NCBI GenBank assembly: GCA_001949185.1
Contig: BDGG01000009.1
Span: forward strand, 1,539,624 to 1,603,623
Direction: 5' to 3'
Source: Ramazzottius varieornatus
Taxonomy: Eukaryota; Animalia; Tardigrada
Length of the DNA: 64,000 nucleotides
Part shown: positions 23,360 to 40,100 of the stretch, piece by piece
Numbering within the stretch: position 1 is the first letter of the stretch
Layout of the letters: the number at the start of each line of letters is the position of its first letter
The notes under the pieces: generated by a model
The model's input: only the letters and a program-made list of their open reading frames with translations
What the model was told of the DNA's origin: nothing
Databases searched by the model: none
Position numbers and translations under genes: made by a program

Positions 23360-25263
23360 CTTCTTCCTGACTTTGAATTTTGTCGTGCAACTGCAGCTGG
23401 AAGGTTCCGTGTTATGGCAGGCGGTGGATAGTGCCCAGGTTATCGTTCGATCCTTGTATCTCGATCACCGGGTTAACCATTCATCCGCCGGCATAACTGC
23501 CACCACCTAACTCATCGCTACGACGTCGGGGACTGTTTTGCGGTCTAACTCCTATAGTAATCTGGTGTGTAACCAAGTTTGACTGTAGTCAGATCAAGCA
23601 TCCAAATATCCCTATTATAGGCACGAAGAGCGCTGACAACGAGGCTTTTTTCTCCGCTCTCCGGCTTTATACTAATAGATTTAGAGTCCTGAACTGAGTA
23701 AACTATTAATTAACAGTGGAGCTTTGTGGTCAGTATCTGACGGTGAGAGTTAGGGTTATTCCCACCTGGTAGAAAATGATATCAAACTTGTGTTATCTGG
23801 TTGATACACAGATGTTGAGCAAAGGCGTGGGTTTCCCCATGATGTTTGTGTTGTAGCAGAGTATCCCAGATGACATCGTGCCCGTACCGGCCCACAAATG
23901 CCGTCTTGCACCAAGTTACACTTACATTACACCTAGAAAATCACTGGCTTACACCTAGGCCTCGAAACTATATCTTTTTTGGTGGCTAATAGTCGATATT
24001 AGGTGTGAATCCGACGACGCAAAAGGCACAAAATTTGTTTGCGATCGAGTCCTCGTCCCTTGACAATCGTGTCTTCACGTACCAGCAGTATAAGTTCAGC
24101 AGCCAGCGACAAAAATAACCGACTTCGAAGAAAGCTTGTCATGCGCCCAGACACTTCGGCGAAAAAGTTTGCCAGTGGTCAAGTTAGCCATGAATTGCGG
24201 AAACGATGGGCGAAAACAATTCTCGGAAAAGGACAGGATTATGTGTACTGGTACAGATTACTCCTGCCGCTGGCCTGTTCGATGAAACGACCGTAAGTGC
24301 CTATCGCTTCTTCCTCCTTCTCACTCTGCTTCCTCGTCACTGCCTAATACAGCACCGCCTTCCCAGAAGAGAGAGATTTCGCAGAAATATTATCGTGTTT
24401 ACCGCATAACTGACCACTGGTCACACACGCTTGCGCGGTCTCAATTTGTAGGGGCGAAGATACTCTGGTACGGAATGTACCCTACTCGTACACGTGTAGC
24501 AGAGCGGTATTACTGGTAGCACTGTAACATCGAACGCTCACAACAGCCCCTCATTTTCCAGACTTGGGAAGCCTTCCCAGCGACCTCTTCTTCCCAATGA
24601 TACATCTTTCCAACTTCCGCAGACTTCTCTGTGCAGAAACAATCCCAACGAACAGCCAAGAACGAACAACAAGTGCTTTACTTATACAGTTGAAATTGCA
24701 GCCCTTCCAGTACAAACTTTTGCTTAGTTTATTGGTTCATAAGTGTACTACAGGTGCTGTAGGCCTGTGGGCACGGCTGTAAATCAGAAAGTTTGCACCG
24801 GAAGGGATGCACTTTCAACACTGTATTTTGATATTAGGTGTAAAGACTGGAACGCTGCACCGCCTCGAAGATTGTCATAACTCCGCTACTCAAATGAATA
24901 CAGAAATGAAGAGAGAAAGGGAGAGAAGAGGAGAAAGGACGATTAGAGGCGTAGAAATACCAGGTATCAATGACTATTAGTAACAATTTGCAGTGCGTTT
25001 CAGTCCCAACTTCAGAACGGTGACATGGTGATGTTGTGTTTTATAAAGTTGCCGACCAGAGCAAGCGACGCACGCGAGATAAATAAAAAAGAAACACATT
25101 TTCCTCAATGGTATGCTTGAAAGGGGGATAGATAGGTGTACACTACTGGTCGAAGAAATGCTACTACCGATAACAACAGCCGCGCTTCATCCCTCCGCTT
25201 GTTCGGCGGCCGGCCTCACCCATCTTCCTTTGTAAAGTATACACCAAGAAACGCTTTAACCAT

Positions 25264-28335
<3,072 letters not shown>

Positions 28336-29501
28336 TTGTGAAGGGGGAGGTGTGAAGAGGAGGTTAGGATAAGAAGCGAGACGTCCGTCTCAAGGTTAAA
28401 TAGCCGCCTGTGACCACAGTCAGCAGAAGAGGGTCCCCTTTCCACCACTATTCCTCCCAGACTTTGCCTTTCGCCGATTCTGCAACGAGAAACAGAAGAA
28501 TCAGACAATTGGCTCCATTACTTAACTCGTCAGTCTGATCCGTGGGGAAGATTCCAGGGGCTAAGCTGGGACGGAGCAGAAGGCCCAGATGATGCGGCGC
28601 ATTTGTCAATCAACTAACTCTGACGGAACGTCCGATTTCTCGTTTGTCAGACGGCTCTCCTTACCTCAAGGAAAGTAAAACCAGGACAAGGTCTGTCAGG
28701 AAAAGAGGATAAGTTGGGAGACTACAGCAAACCTTTGGAGGTACAGAGATCCGAGGAGCAGCGTGACTTTCACGGGAAAATGGCGAAAGTGCAGCAAATG
28801 GAAATGAGCAGGCCAGGCCGCCCTCGTTCTTTTCAACATGGCAAGCTGCTCGACCCTCTACGTCATCAGCATGCCGCCTCGCCTGCTACACCCCATAGCA
28901 AGCCACACGCTCCAAATCCCATTGACCGCCAGTTGAAACAAGCTTCTTCACATCACTCACGCTCCGTACGTATCATTCGGTAAAGCGAGCGTTTTGCGCC
29001 GATCATTTCTTTAAACTACACGGGATGGTCTGCCATTTATGTTCGCACCTCGTCTCGGCACACTTGCACCCGGCAAGATTCAAGTGCCCGTAGCAACTCG
29101 GTACCTCCCACCGGAAAGGCCCGGATGGAATTATCCTGCTCTCCTTAAAGTCGCACCCGAAAACACCCTCGAAACTTCCAAAGCTGTCTTATGGACTCTT
29201 ACCTCACAAAGACAGGAGAAATTTCTTGCAAGATGCGACACTCAAAATCAGAAGATCGGCGAGTCGAGAACCGCCGAAGCGCTGTTCAAAAGGTTGTAAG
29301 ATGCAAGCATTTCCTGTTGTGTCGAAAAGAGCAGCAGGGAGCTTCGGTGCGGCAGCAACACAGAAAATGAAGTTGGCTTGATGTTTCGCGCAGTCCGAAA
29401 TTTCGTCAGATTGCTGTTACGAGAGGTTATCGTGTGGGGAAGTATCGGGAAGTTCAAGAGCACTCCCAGGAACCTGCCACTTTCGGTCCCCATAGCTACT
29501 G

Positions 29502-29572
29502 CGGTGACGTCATTCACAAGGATTAACCGGTCGATGACGTGTCATGATGACTAGATATAACGGTGACGTCAT
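29502..29572. promoter_or_regulatory. Cluster of CRE/ATF palindromes between divergent 14-3-3 and MRT4
   Basis: CGGTGACGTCAT occurs twice (TGACGTCA at 29505-29512 and 29564-29571), with ATGACGT at 29534-29540 between them. Confidence 0.5.
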
Positions 29573-29980
29573 GATCATTCGTAATCACGCACCTGGAACT
29601 GACGGCGGTGTGTTTAGTTGGAGTTAGCCACGATTGATTGATAGATCGTTGTTCCGTTACGAACGTCTCGTCATGTGCGCGGTGCGGAGATCAAGCAGCT
29701 CGATTTCGGTCATCAATCGGATATGCTTTGGTTTTTCCGATGTCGCAATCTCCGCGTCGATTCCTGGAGGATTTTCTGTAGAAGATTCTGGATTATACCA
29801 CTTCTGCTCCTCTGAGTTTTCTCTCTCTGCGTGATCGTTCGCTTCTTCTCGGTGTTGGCAACCTCGAGGTGGAGCGGTGATCGGTCCTGTCGACACGGCA
29901 CTGTTGTTGACCATTCCAGCGGTTCGTTGGCTTGTATTTGTTCGCGCCGTGTTACTGTTTGCGAATTTTCCGGCGGAAGA

Positions 29981-31074
29981 ATGCCTCGATCAAAGAGGAA
30001 TAAAGAAGGTAAGCTGGGCTGATGTCCGCATAGACAGTGTACGAACAAGGGGCAAGAAGTAGGTTTGATGCCAGTGATTCTTTTTGTAGTACGTTTGACG
30101 AAAACCAAGTCCAAAGGATTGGAAGGCAAGGGCATCATTATCTCAAAGGTATCCTTGGAATATAGCGTAGCGACTGTTCTCATCGGTAACACGCATTTGT
30201 ACTTTGTAGTTGAAGAAGGCTATCGAGGATCATAAGTACGTTTACGTTTTCGAGGTTGAAAATCCGCGAAACAATCTGATGAAAGATGTGAGGGAAGAAT
30301 GGAAACACAGCCAGTAAGAAGTTAAACCTTTTTTGGTGATGTTGTAGGGACTTGCCCTCAGTGCGCAACGTTCCTATTGATAGGTTCTTCATGGGAAAGA
30401 ACAATATTCTGCAGCTAGCTTTGGGGAAGACGCCTGAGGAAGAGCAGGCCAATGGGCTTTCAAGTCTTGCAGAAAAGTTGCGCGGTGAACGCGGCCTCCT
30501 TATTACCGACCAGCCCAAAGAGGAAACCGTCCAGTCAGTGCGACCACAACTATGGCCAATATTCTTACTATACCTGCGAGGTACCTGTCAAAGTGGGCAT
30601 TATGAATAGGTGGTTCAAGAAGCATAAAGTGGGCGAATACGCTCGCAGTGGCTTCACAGCGACGCAGACGGTCAAGCTGGACGCCGGACCATTAGCTCAG
30701 TTTTCTCATGCACTGGAGCCGCATCTCCGACAGTTGGGACTACCCACCTCCTTGTCGAGAGGCATAGTCACGCTGTTGAAAGACCACACGGTTTGCCAGG
30801 AAGGCGACGTCTTGACACCGGAGCAATGCCGAATTCTGGTGAAATTTGACGATACTGTAGTCCTTAGTGAGCATAACTAACATTCGTTTTCTCTATTCTA
30901 CAGAAATTATTAGAGATCCAGATGGCCAGCTTCCGGATAGTACTCAAGTTCTTGTGGACAAAGAAGACTGGCAAAGTCAAGAAGCTTGGTGGCAAGAAGG
31001 GTGCCGCACAAGGGCTCGATTCCACAGTGACGGAGAAGGAGACAGCCGCCGTAGAAAAAATGGAGGAAAACTGA
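29981..31074 (+). CDS. MRTO4: mRNA turnover 4 / ribosome assembly factor Mrt4
   Basis: MPRSKRNKE|VRLTKTKSKG, FFMGKN, YARSG, FSHALEPHLRQLGLPTSL, VCQEGDVLTPEQCRIL. Confidence 0.96.
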
Positions 31075-31361
31075 GTATCTTGTCTTCTTCTCGACGCTTC
31101 TTTCGTTCCATTAATTAACCCCCATTGCCTTTTACCATTCATCGGTAAAAGCTTTCTCGCAAATCTGGAGGGTCTTTTGGTTGACAGCGCCTCTCTAGAC
31201 CTAAGACATGTCGATGTGATCAGCCAACAAGACGATCAAAAAAGATCAGAACGATGAATCGAGTGTCCACTGTTCATCTGAAACAGCCGCGAAATCGACG
31301 GGCAGACTCGGTAGTTGCGCACTGATAAAGTGCCCGAATCAGATTAGTAACCACGTAGTAT

Positions 31362-34300
31362 TCAAAACCAGCTGCTGTGTCCCGCATCGGTGGCAGGTGG
31401 GTTCCCTAAAGCTTGCAGCGCAACGTTCCACTGTACTTGGACATCGGCGATGTTCACTCCGTCGGGCAACAGCTTGTCAAGATCTGGGATGATGGTGTGG
31501 TGAGCTGCGTTGATGAGGTCGTCAGAGTCGAGACTGTACCAGTCCTTGTGCACCAGGTCCTTGCCATGACTTCTCTCAACCGACAAGATGATCGCTTTCT
31601 GCAGATCATCGTAGCTGACTTTACCGTCTGGCGACGACAACTTTCTGTATTCATCGTAGAAGGTGGATCTTCGAGGCGCAGCTTCTTGACGCGCTGGCTC
31701 TTCAATCCGGACAAATTGATCACACGACAGACAAAATCGGTGGTCAAGGTAGACCAGGGCTTGTTGGATGGGTTCCTCGTTCTCAATCTGGCTTTTGATG
31801 TACTCGATCAACATGGCAGCACTGGCAAGCTCCTTGCGGCAGTTGTCGTCCACACTTTGAACTATCTTCGTGTCCAGTGTTTTGGCCACCTAGCCAGAGA
31901 ACGTGGTCAGCTGCGTCGAAATTTGCACTGTGAAATAACGAGTACGAACCTTTCTGATCTCCGCAATAATGGCAGCGCCGTAGGCGACGATTCCTTCCAG
32001 TCGAGAGAGAACGTGGGCCGTTTCTTGGTTGATGGCCGTCTCGTGGCCAGAGAATGTGATGGATGGTCCTGCATCAGCAGATACAGGTGGTGCCAGTTGG
32101 CCTTTGGCCGCGGCTGCGCCTTTGCCTGCTGCTGCTACAGCTGCTGGCGCCTTTTTGGCTCCAGGATGGACGACAGTGGCTTCTTCCGGTACTCTGACAT
32201 TGTACCGGTTCCGGCGTGCTTCCTGCTCACTGTCCTGCAACTTGGTGACGGCCTCTTTGGCCTTCTCCAGCACATCTTTCAACATGAACTCCTCGATGTC
32301 TTCTCGGGGCTGCGGACTGCTGGCCTGTACCTTGCTGTGCTTTCTTGTCAGTGGGCCTGCATCAACAGCGCCTTGAGATCTTCGGTCGGCTCTGGCAGGA
32401 GGAGGCTTCTTGGTAGCGCCCTGCTCCAGACGGGCTGTCACGTCCCCTACCAGAATCTTGCGAGGAACGAACCAAGGAGTGATGGCCTCTTGTGTTAGGG
32501 GTCGATATGTTGTCACAGGCTGCTGGCCTTGTTCCGTCTTACTCTTCTCCTTTTCTTTCTCATGCTCCTGTGCAGTGCCCTTACCTTTACGCCCTTCCGA
32601 TCCTATCGGCGTTAGGCTCCGCGCTGCAAAGAGCACTCTGTGAGCACCGCGACACAGCCAACAGATGATACGCAAAATTTGTACCGGTTCTTCGGCCGTC
32701 GTCAAGAGGTAATAGTTCGACGAAAGGAATGGTCACAGCCGCCGTCACTTGCACCCCGAGCAGGCGAAATTCCACCACGGAGATGTAGTCTCGCAAAATA
32801 CTCAACGCATCGACATATGTGTCCAGCTCCAGCTGAAACGTTCTCAAATTAGTACAAATTCAGTTGAAGAAAGAGGTCCAATCGAGATGACGAACCTGGT
32901 GGGGGGTCGTACCTGCATCAGGGCGACGAAACTGTTGTAGATGGCGGAAATGGTTTCATCGAGCCAGCCACTTCGCATGATGTCATCGTTGAGGCTCCTT
33001 TCTGTGTTGAGTTTCTTATTGATCTCGTCCATGAGTAGCTTGGCCAATTCTGTGGTTCGTGCATGTAGCATTTCCTTGTACTGAGAGCGTGTCCGTTTGT
33101 GCCATTCCACTGCGTTGAAGCCTTCCTGCCATTTGTACAGTGTGTCCGTAAAGTGAATCTGATGGGAGATGGCCAGCTGGCCGTAAGACTGGCTACACTC
33201 TTTGACTTGTTGAATAACGACAGTCTGCAGGTTCCTAACTGTGTGGAAAATGTCACAGGCACAGGTGAAATGATCCTTCTCTATAGCTCGCCATCGGCCA
33301 GCCAGCCATTGACAAAAGGCCGAGAAGTTGAGGTGGGTAGGAGGTTGCTCGGGAGAAGCAGGGTTGGGGCGTTTTCCAACGGCTGACTTTTCCCGACGAG
33401 CTGGGCCAGCGGCGTCTGTGGCTGTTAGTACTAGGGTGGGGGAGGGCAGAGGCGCCACGGCTTCCGAGACTTTGGCTTCCACGTTGGACAGCGTGCCGCA
33501 AGCTTCATTCTCGGTGGAAGTGCCGACAACTTGGGCATGACCGCTGCTGATGTCATCCATGACCTTATCGGTGGGTTTCACGCTGGCTTCCTGGTCGTCG
33601 AGAAAAGTCAGATCGAGGGACGTCAGGAGAAGCTGCTCGTTCTGCGCTTGATCCGGAAGGCACTTTGCCTTGTCTAGTTGCAGCACTGGAAACCCGTTGA
33701 CGTAATGAGCTCCAACAGCAGCCTGTCAACGGACACCCACATCAAACAGATTCCGATATAATGCGCCGTAAACAAAAATCATTAATACGAGTATATGATG
33801 CATTTACTGCTGTATAATTACCTCCAAATACATCTGTTCCGTAGCGATTTCGCTGGCCAAACGTGTCAGTCCTAAATATTGCGCTCTCTCATTGGTTTTT
33901 TGACAAAAGTATCTGTCCATGTCTTGACAGTTGCCAATAACATTGCTCCTATCATCAGCCAGTGAAAGGTCGGTCAAGCTCTTGGGTGTCTCCTGGATAA
34001 TGTCATCTAAGGTGCCTTCCTCAAACTGCAAATCTTCTCCCAGAAACTTGTATGGGTCCATGGGAGCTGCAGCGCTGAGCTGACTGTCGCCGCCACTGAT
34101 CAAATTGACGTAGTCACGCACTAAGGGATTGCTCAGATCTGCTTTCCGCGGCAGATGCACTGGTCGAGGTAGACCAATCTCGTCTATATCTTCTTTCTCG
34201 GAATGAGGCGCTTTCTTGGAATAGGGACTGTCGCCCTTGGTTGCCTTTGCTCCATCCGCCACCTTGCCTTTTCCGTGCTCCTTCTTGCCATGTGCCCCTT

Positions 34301-36511
34301 TCTTGTCGGCCTTGGGCTCTTCGACTGCAGCCGGGGGCGGTGGGGGAGGAGGCTGCTCATTGGCGTCTTCGTTCAAGACAAACTTCCGGAAGGCCAGCCG
34401 GACGGCTTGTGGGCTCGCTTCGCTACAGCCCGTTGCCGCTACTTCTTCCACCTTCAATGTTGGAGGTATAATCAAAGTGGCGCTCATCAACATATCGACG
34501 TCACTAGTGTCGGCCTTTCGCCACTTGAGTTCTTCGATGGCTGCCGCAACGGCTCCTTCTTGCGTTTCCTTCTTCAGGTCAAAACCAATTGTCTCGACGT
34601 GTATGGGACCTCCCTTGCTTTCCAAACTAATCCCTGATGGCGCATCCTTCTTTGGTTCAGGCGCTAAAGGGGCTGTTGTGGCTTGGCGGCTGATCATCAT
34701 GGCCGGTTGCTCCGCCTTACTCGGCGTGGTGACGTCTTTGTTCCGGTTGATCTCGGGGTATTTCTGGAACGTTTCTGCGCTTTCGTGTAATCCGCCAAGA
34801 AGATCAACTTCTGGCTCTTCGATGATTTGCTCAAAGCGAACTTGTAAGTGCGGGGAAAGGGCGCTGTTCACTGCAGCCAGCAGCGAAGGAGTACTCTGGT
34901 CACCCGCAAGTTGTACGAAGGCTTTGGACATGGCGCCGTATGTTTCCATCAAGCCGCCCTCGCAGTCTTTCTTCCTATCAATAAAATACACAAGTCAGAC
35001 AACCGCCAATTTATGGTCAAGGCCAAAGTAGGTATATCTTACAGCCTGAGAAGTTTCTTGTGTGTTTCCACCAGCTTATGATCATCAAGCTTTGTCTCCT
35101 CAACGGGTCGAACCTGACTTTCCTTTGCCATTTGGGCCCGGTACTCCGTTTGCCGCAGCCTTTTCAAGCTCAGTTCATCGTCAATGTCCAAGTGGACGAT
35201 CAAGTCCAGCAAGTCATGAGGTAGAGAGGGCGGTCCCGGATCCAACGGGTCATCGAGCAGCTGAGAGCGCTCTCGCTGAAAAGACTTGAGGACATCAGCG
35301 CTGTCGAAGCCGTCTAGTCGGGTCCGAAAAGCCTGCGCTTCTGCCAGAGTGGGGGGATATCCATCAAGGACAAATCCGCTGACCGTGTGCTCCATCTGTT
35401 TCATATACAAGAGAAGAAGCTGCAGATTGAGCTCGTGGCTCAAGTCGCCACCACCCACAACGACCTTCCGGACTTTCGACATGTCCACATGTCCACTCAG
35501 CTCCTGCAGTACCTCTGTCTGGCCATTTTGTTCCTGCTCCTTATCAGCCAAGTCAACAAAGAACTTGTAGACCTCAGGTAGGCTGACGTAACACAGTCGG
35601 TACTCCTGGGCGATGTTTCTGGCTAGAGTTGTCTTGCCGGCATAAGGAGTTCCGACGACGGCAATCTTGATGGGTATCAGGGACAAGTAATTAGCTTGGA
35701 CGGGCAGGCAAGGCTTCCACTTGTAATTGAGGAGTGTACTGATGACGGAAGCCAGGAAAATACTGTGCTTGGCGTAGGGCTGTCCCGACGCTCTGCATCT
35801 CCTCCAAAGACCTGCAAACCAAGTTCTAATCATCTCGACACAATGAGCCCCGAAATACTTTATCCAAAAAAGGCCTCAATCGAACATCGCGCTTTGATAA
35901 GGATTGCATGATAACTTGACTTTGAACGGCAAACACTCGAACGTACCTTCCCACCTGAGGTATTGTTGGTAGTCAAGTTGGTCGTTGGCCTGGAAGGCCT
36001 GCCTGACGGCACCCACCAAATCTGCCTCAGCTTCAGCTTCTGTCCTACTACGTCCATCCAGCGCAGGTAGCGACAAGGCGGCAAATTTGAGAAAGCTCCT
36101 CAATTCCTGGAGAACTTTCTTCGGAAGACATTGTACATTGGTCTTGTAGTCCAGCAGAGTGGAGGCGGTTGTGACCATGTGAGGCTCCATCGAGAGACAG
36201 ATGTCTGCGCCGGTCGATCCAAAGAGCTGCCGCCTTCGCTCCGCCATGCAGGCATACCAGTCACTATTTGCAAAATGCGCTTGTAGCATGTCCTCCATAG
36301 CGCGCTGCCTCTGGACTTCCGCGTTGTCGGCCGCCTGCGTGGCCGACGAGAAGGATCCTGTAGCTTCATACTGGTCGAATTTCCTTTGTGTGGCTTCGGC
36401 AGCGATGATGCGGCAGATATTGTCGGCTTGATCCAAGACATCTTGTACTCGACCAGCTATGGGACTGTCGTAGTTGCACAGCTGCCCAAGACGGCCACTG
36501 GTCTCTTCCTC
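31362..36511 (-). CDS. SPEF2 (sperm flagellar 2)-like protein with adenylate-kinase-like P-loop; 5' end uncertain (possibly ~36710)
   Basis: Long ORFs joined by GT-AG introns. IAVVGTPYAGKT and GFVLDGYP, Lys/Gly-rich KADKKGAHGKK segments, and a helical WRAIEKDH/KWQEGFNAV region reminiscent of SPEF2. Confidence 0.6.
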
Positions 36512-37113
36512 CTACAAAACCAAGAGCAGATAAGTCAGCCTTTTCCCCCCAACAGATCCACATCTCCAACAGGCAAGCATCTCATCTTCTATACGTACTG
36601 TTATTACCCACTCTTTTCCGTAGCAAGGATGGCCGATTGCAGTTGAGAGTTCGCAGTATCAGAGCTGTCCTCCTCTCCGCAACATGAGTATTTCCCTGAT
36701 CTTTCCTCATCTGAAGTGGACCTTCTGTGATGGTAACGTTGCCAGCTCCACAGTCGAGACATGCCAACAACGTCGTTAGCCAACCAATTGAGACATGAGA
36801 CACGGCTGCCAAGCGACTACAGCAACAATGCACACCCACCTCCTGCTTTATAGACTGTGACAATCACGTTACCACGTATAAGTTAAGACAAACCAACAGC
36901 AGCCCACACGGGGAAAGGAAGATAGCAGGGCTTGGGACGAGAAAGGTTAGCGTCGACGCATATCAGGCACATTAGAAAAGGGCAAGAAAGCTCAAAGTCT
37001 TCAGCTAGAGTGGACAGTACAATGTAGAGCCGCCCATCGATGCACATGCGTTTCAGCTCGTACTGCCATCTTATTATATCATGGGCGAACCGTCAAATGA
37101 GGCAGAATCTGGC

Positions 37114-40100
37114 TTAGTTGAAACAGCGCGTGAAGGGCTGTATGTTGTCGAAGGGTGAACTTGATAGTGGCTGCAATGGCGTGTCTGCTGCGAAAGTGAC
37201 GTTGCTTATGCATCCTGTGAACGGCCTGGAAAAGTACCCTAAGGTTTCTTGGTAGAGGGACAGTCCGGATGGAAACGAGCCTAAAACCATAGAGAAAAGA
37301 AGATGTACAGCGCACGGACAGATGTTTGAGCTGGAAGGAAAGTCATGGAAGGCTGCGGAAGAGGGCACTTACCGAGATGGTACAGTCCATCCGTGTCTAG
37401 TTCCTTGTAACTTCCCGGTACGAATACGTTGGCATTGAGAAAGGAAGACGCGTCCATAATCAGACTCAAGTTGGATCCTTCTCTAGAGAAGATCATGTGG
37501 TGCCAGCTGTTGTCATCGTATCGTTGCGGTGGCGGTGACAGGAGAGCGCGTTTGGACTGCCAACCGAGGTTGAGCACCACTTGCATGTAACCGCCGACCA
37601 AACCCAGGCCCAAATAGTCGGAATGGGAATTGACCACCTTGCCTGTCCATATCAGCATACCGTCGCTCTGGCCTGTTCGAAAGGACAGCGACAGATACGA
37701 CAACGTCCTCTTAACTTGCTGGTATCGCGGCTCTGCGATGGTCACGAATGAAGGTCCTTCCGGCTGGACGGTCAGTGGCCAACCTCCAACACCATCGGCC
37801 AAGCTGGTGCAACGAGCACTTGCACAGCGCTCTCCTTGACAGTCAGCAACATTGAGGCCGCCCAAAGCTTCGGCCACTGCCAAGGCTCTCTTGTTGATGG
37901 ACAAAGCAGCGATGCATCCGTCGAAGGAACTTAGACCGGCCACCGCAGCTGAAGGAGCAGTCCTGATCGATGATGGTACGCCACCAACGTAAAGATGAGT
38001 AAAGATACGGAGCTGCCTCAAGGAGACCTGGCTCAAGTCCGCTGTGGTCGTGCGGCCGTCCACTGTCATCCAGGCCAGGCTGGCGTTCTTTCCCACCTCC
38101 ACCGATATCCACTGGTCTGAAAAACAGCAGGACTGATGCCATTGTCCCCTTGGCTATCCTTGACAACTATCACTGATATTTGATCTTGCTCTCTGCTTTA
38201 TGCCTACAACAGCCTGCGCCTTACCCATAACGTGCGATGGCAGTGGCAGGGATATGGACTTGGTCACGTCATTGCCGACGTTGAAGCGAAAGTACAAGGT
38301 CCAGCTGGCCATGAAGAGGGAGAGGAAGGACATGGTCTGCTCCGTCGGGTACTCGGCAGCATACAAGAGGAAACCAGAGCCTGCCCCTGCTTTGACATCG
38401 AACTGGACCATCAGTCCATCTTGCAGGCCGGAAGTTGGCAAGAAGGTCAGGTACGAGTTGAGACCGTTGAAGGACGGATTAGCAATACTTTGCACTGCAA
38501 CCACCAAGAATCATCACAGCCTACACTTCTGACCCTCCAAGTTGGTCAGAAGGACATATGACCTGTGTCGCCTTTACCTGCCTGGCAGAATCTGCCACTT
38601 TTTCCTAAAGGACAATCGCAGCGATAGCCGCCCAAGGTAAGCGCCAGATCTGGAGCACAGCTACTGTCGGTGGCGCACTGGTGACTTGTGCAAGATGTCA
38701 GCGAAACCGGACAGGAAAGACACGGTGGCGCTTCTTGGTCGGTGGCAGCTGCCGGAAGGACGTTTCGACCACCGGTTGGCCTGGAGAAGGGCGTGAAGGC
38801 CCCTGTCCAGCGCGTTCGGAACTGCAGTCCGCTAATAGAGCCTGAAGCATACTTATATCTTCATTCCCACCACAAGATGTCATAGATGAAGTATGTTGCT
38901 CAGTACGTGTCAGAGTTACCTGTGAAGCCATGAAAGCCTGGCAGGGGTAGCACATCGATCAAGCTGTAGCCGCCCACCGAGACTTGGGCCGGGTAAGGAA
39001 ATTTGCGAAAGTAGTAGTTGGGCGGGAAGTCCAGTCGGCTTGTAGAGTCATTTCGACCACTGACGCCCACAGTTAGGTATATCCCAGTGCTTCTGTTCAA
39101 CGCCAGGGTTACCTGGAAGGTGGTGTTCGGCACCAGCCGTGTGGACGGAATCAAAACCAGCGGACCTGACAACAAGCAAAAGACCGTACATTACTGTCAT
39201 AGCATACCGGGTACTGTAATGTTAGTATGTCATTGTGTAGAAGGTCCGAATGGCAACCTCCGCCAAGGTTGCATATAGCCACCACCGCCTTCTGTTTCAT
39301 TCCGATAAAGACGTATTCGCTGTCTTGCGAGATCAACTCCGGAGCTCCCACCGTCAGTAATACCGAGCCATCAGTATCACTGGAGTGTCTGTCGGGAAGT
39401 ATGGTAAAGTTGAAGGCAATTTCCAGATGACCCCTCCTTTGAATTATTGGGGGGAAAGTCGAGAAGGAGGTGTAGCCCGAAACGTTTCCGAAGTAGGACA
39501 GGTCGGCCGTCGCGGTGTAAACTACAGCCAAAATCCCCCGTCAACAACACCTCATGTCACTGCTCGCCAAAGAAAAAGCTGCGAAGAATTTGCCCACCTT
39601 TCTCGCAGAAGACACCGTAACGACCTATTAGGAAACCACACTGGTTACTCATTGAGAAAAAAAAAGCTTGCGGAAGGTAAAATTTTGAGGAGCAAATCAG
39701 AAATATGAGGAATAATAACCTAGTGGGCAAACACAGCTGGTCTCGTTTGGGCTGCTGCGCAGGCATGTACTTCCGCCAAGACAGGGGTTGACTGCGCATT
39801 CCTCCAGCTCGCATAGGACGCCAGTGAAGCCGTAAGTGCAGGCGCACATCCATCCAGTGGCCGACCTGCATCAGGATACAGAGCAAAACTTGAAGGCACA
39901 TTCTTTGTAAGTCGTGTAAGCCCTTCATTGGAATGAGACGTGTACGTACTCGAGGCACGTTCCGTTGTTGCGGCACTGCACTCGCCAGCAGGTGTTCAAG
40001 CTGCCTTGCAGTACGTTGTATCCGCTGTGGACATCGACGTCAAAGTCCACATCCTTCTTGTTGATCTGCAAGTTGGACAGAGAGCCGGAGAAGTTGGAGG

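Noticed and set aside
31890-31892. Apparent in-frame stop read-through between two SPEF2-like ORFs
   Set aside because: The TAG is the acceptor of a short intron starting near 31949.
31413-32498. 361-aa plus-strand ORF (also 34237-35031, 40893-41540, 53437-54114)
   Set aside because: Antisense shadows of real coding exons; no independent motifs.
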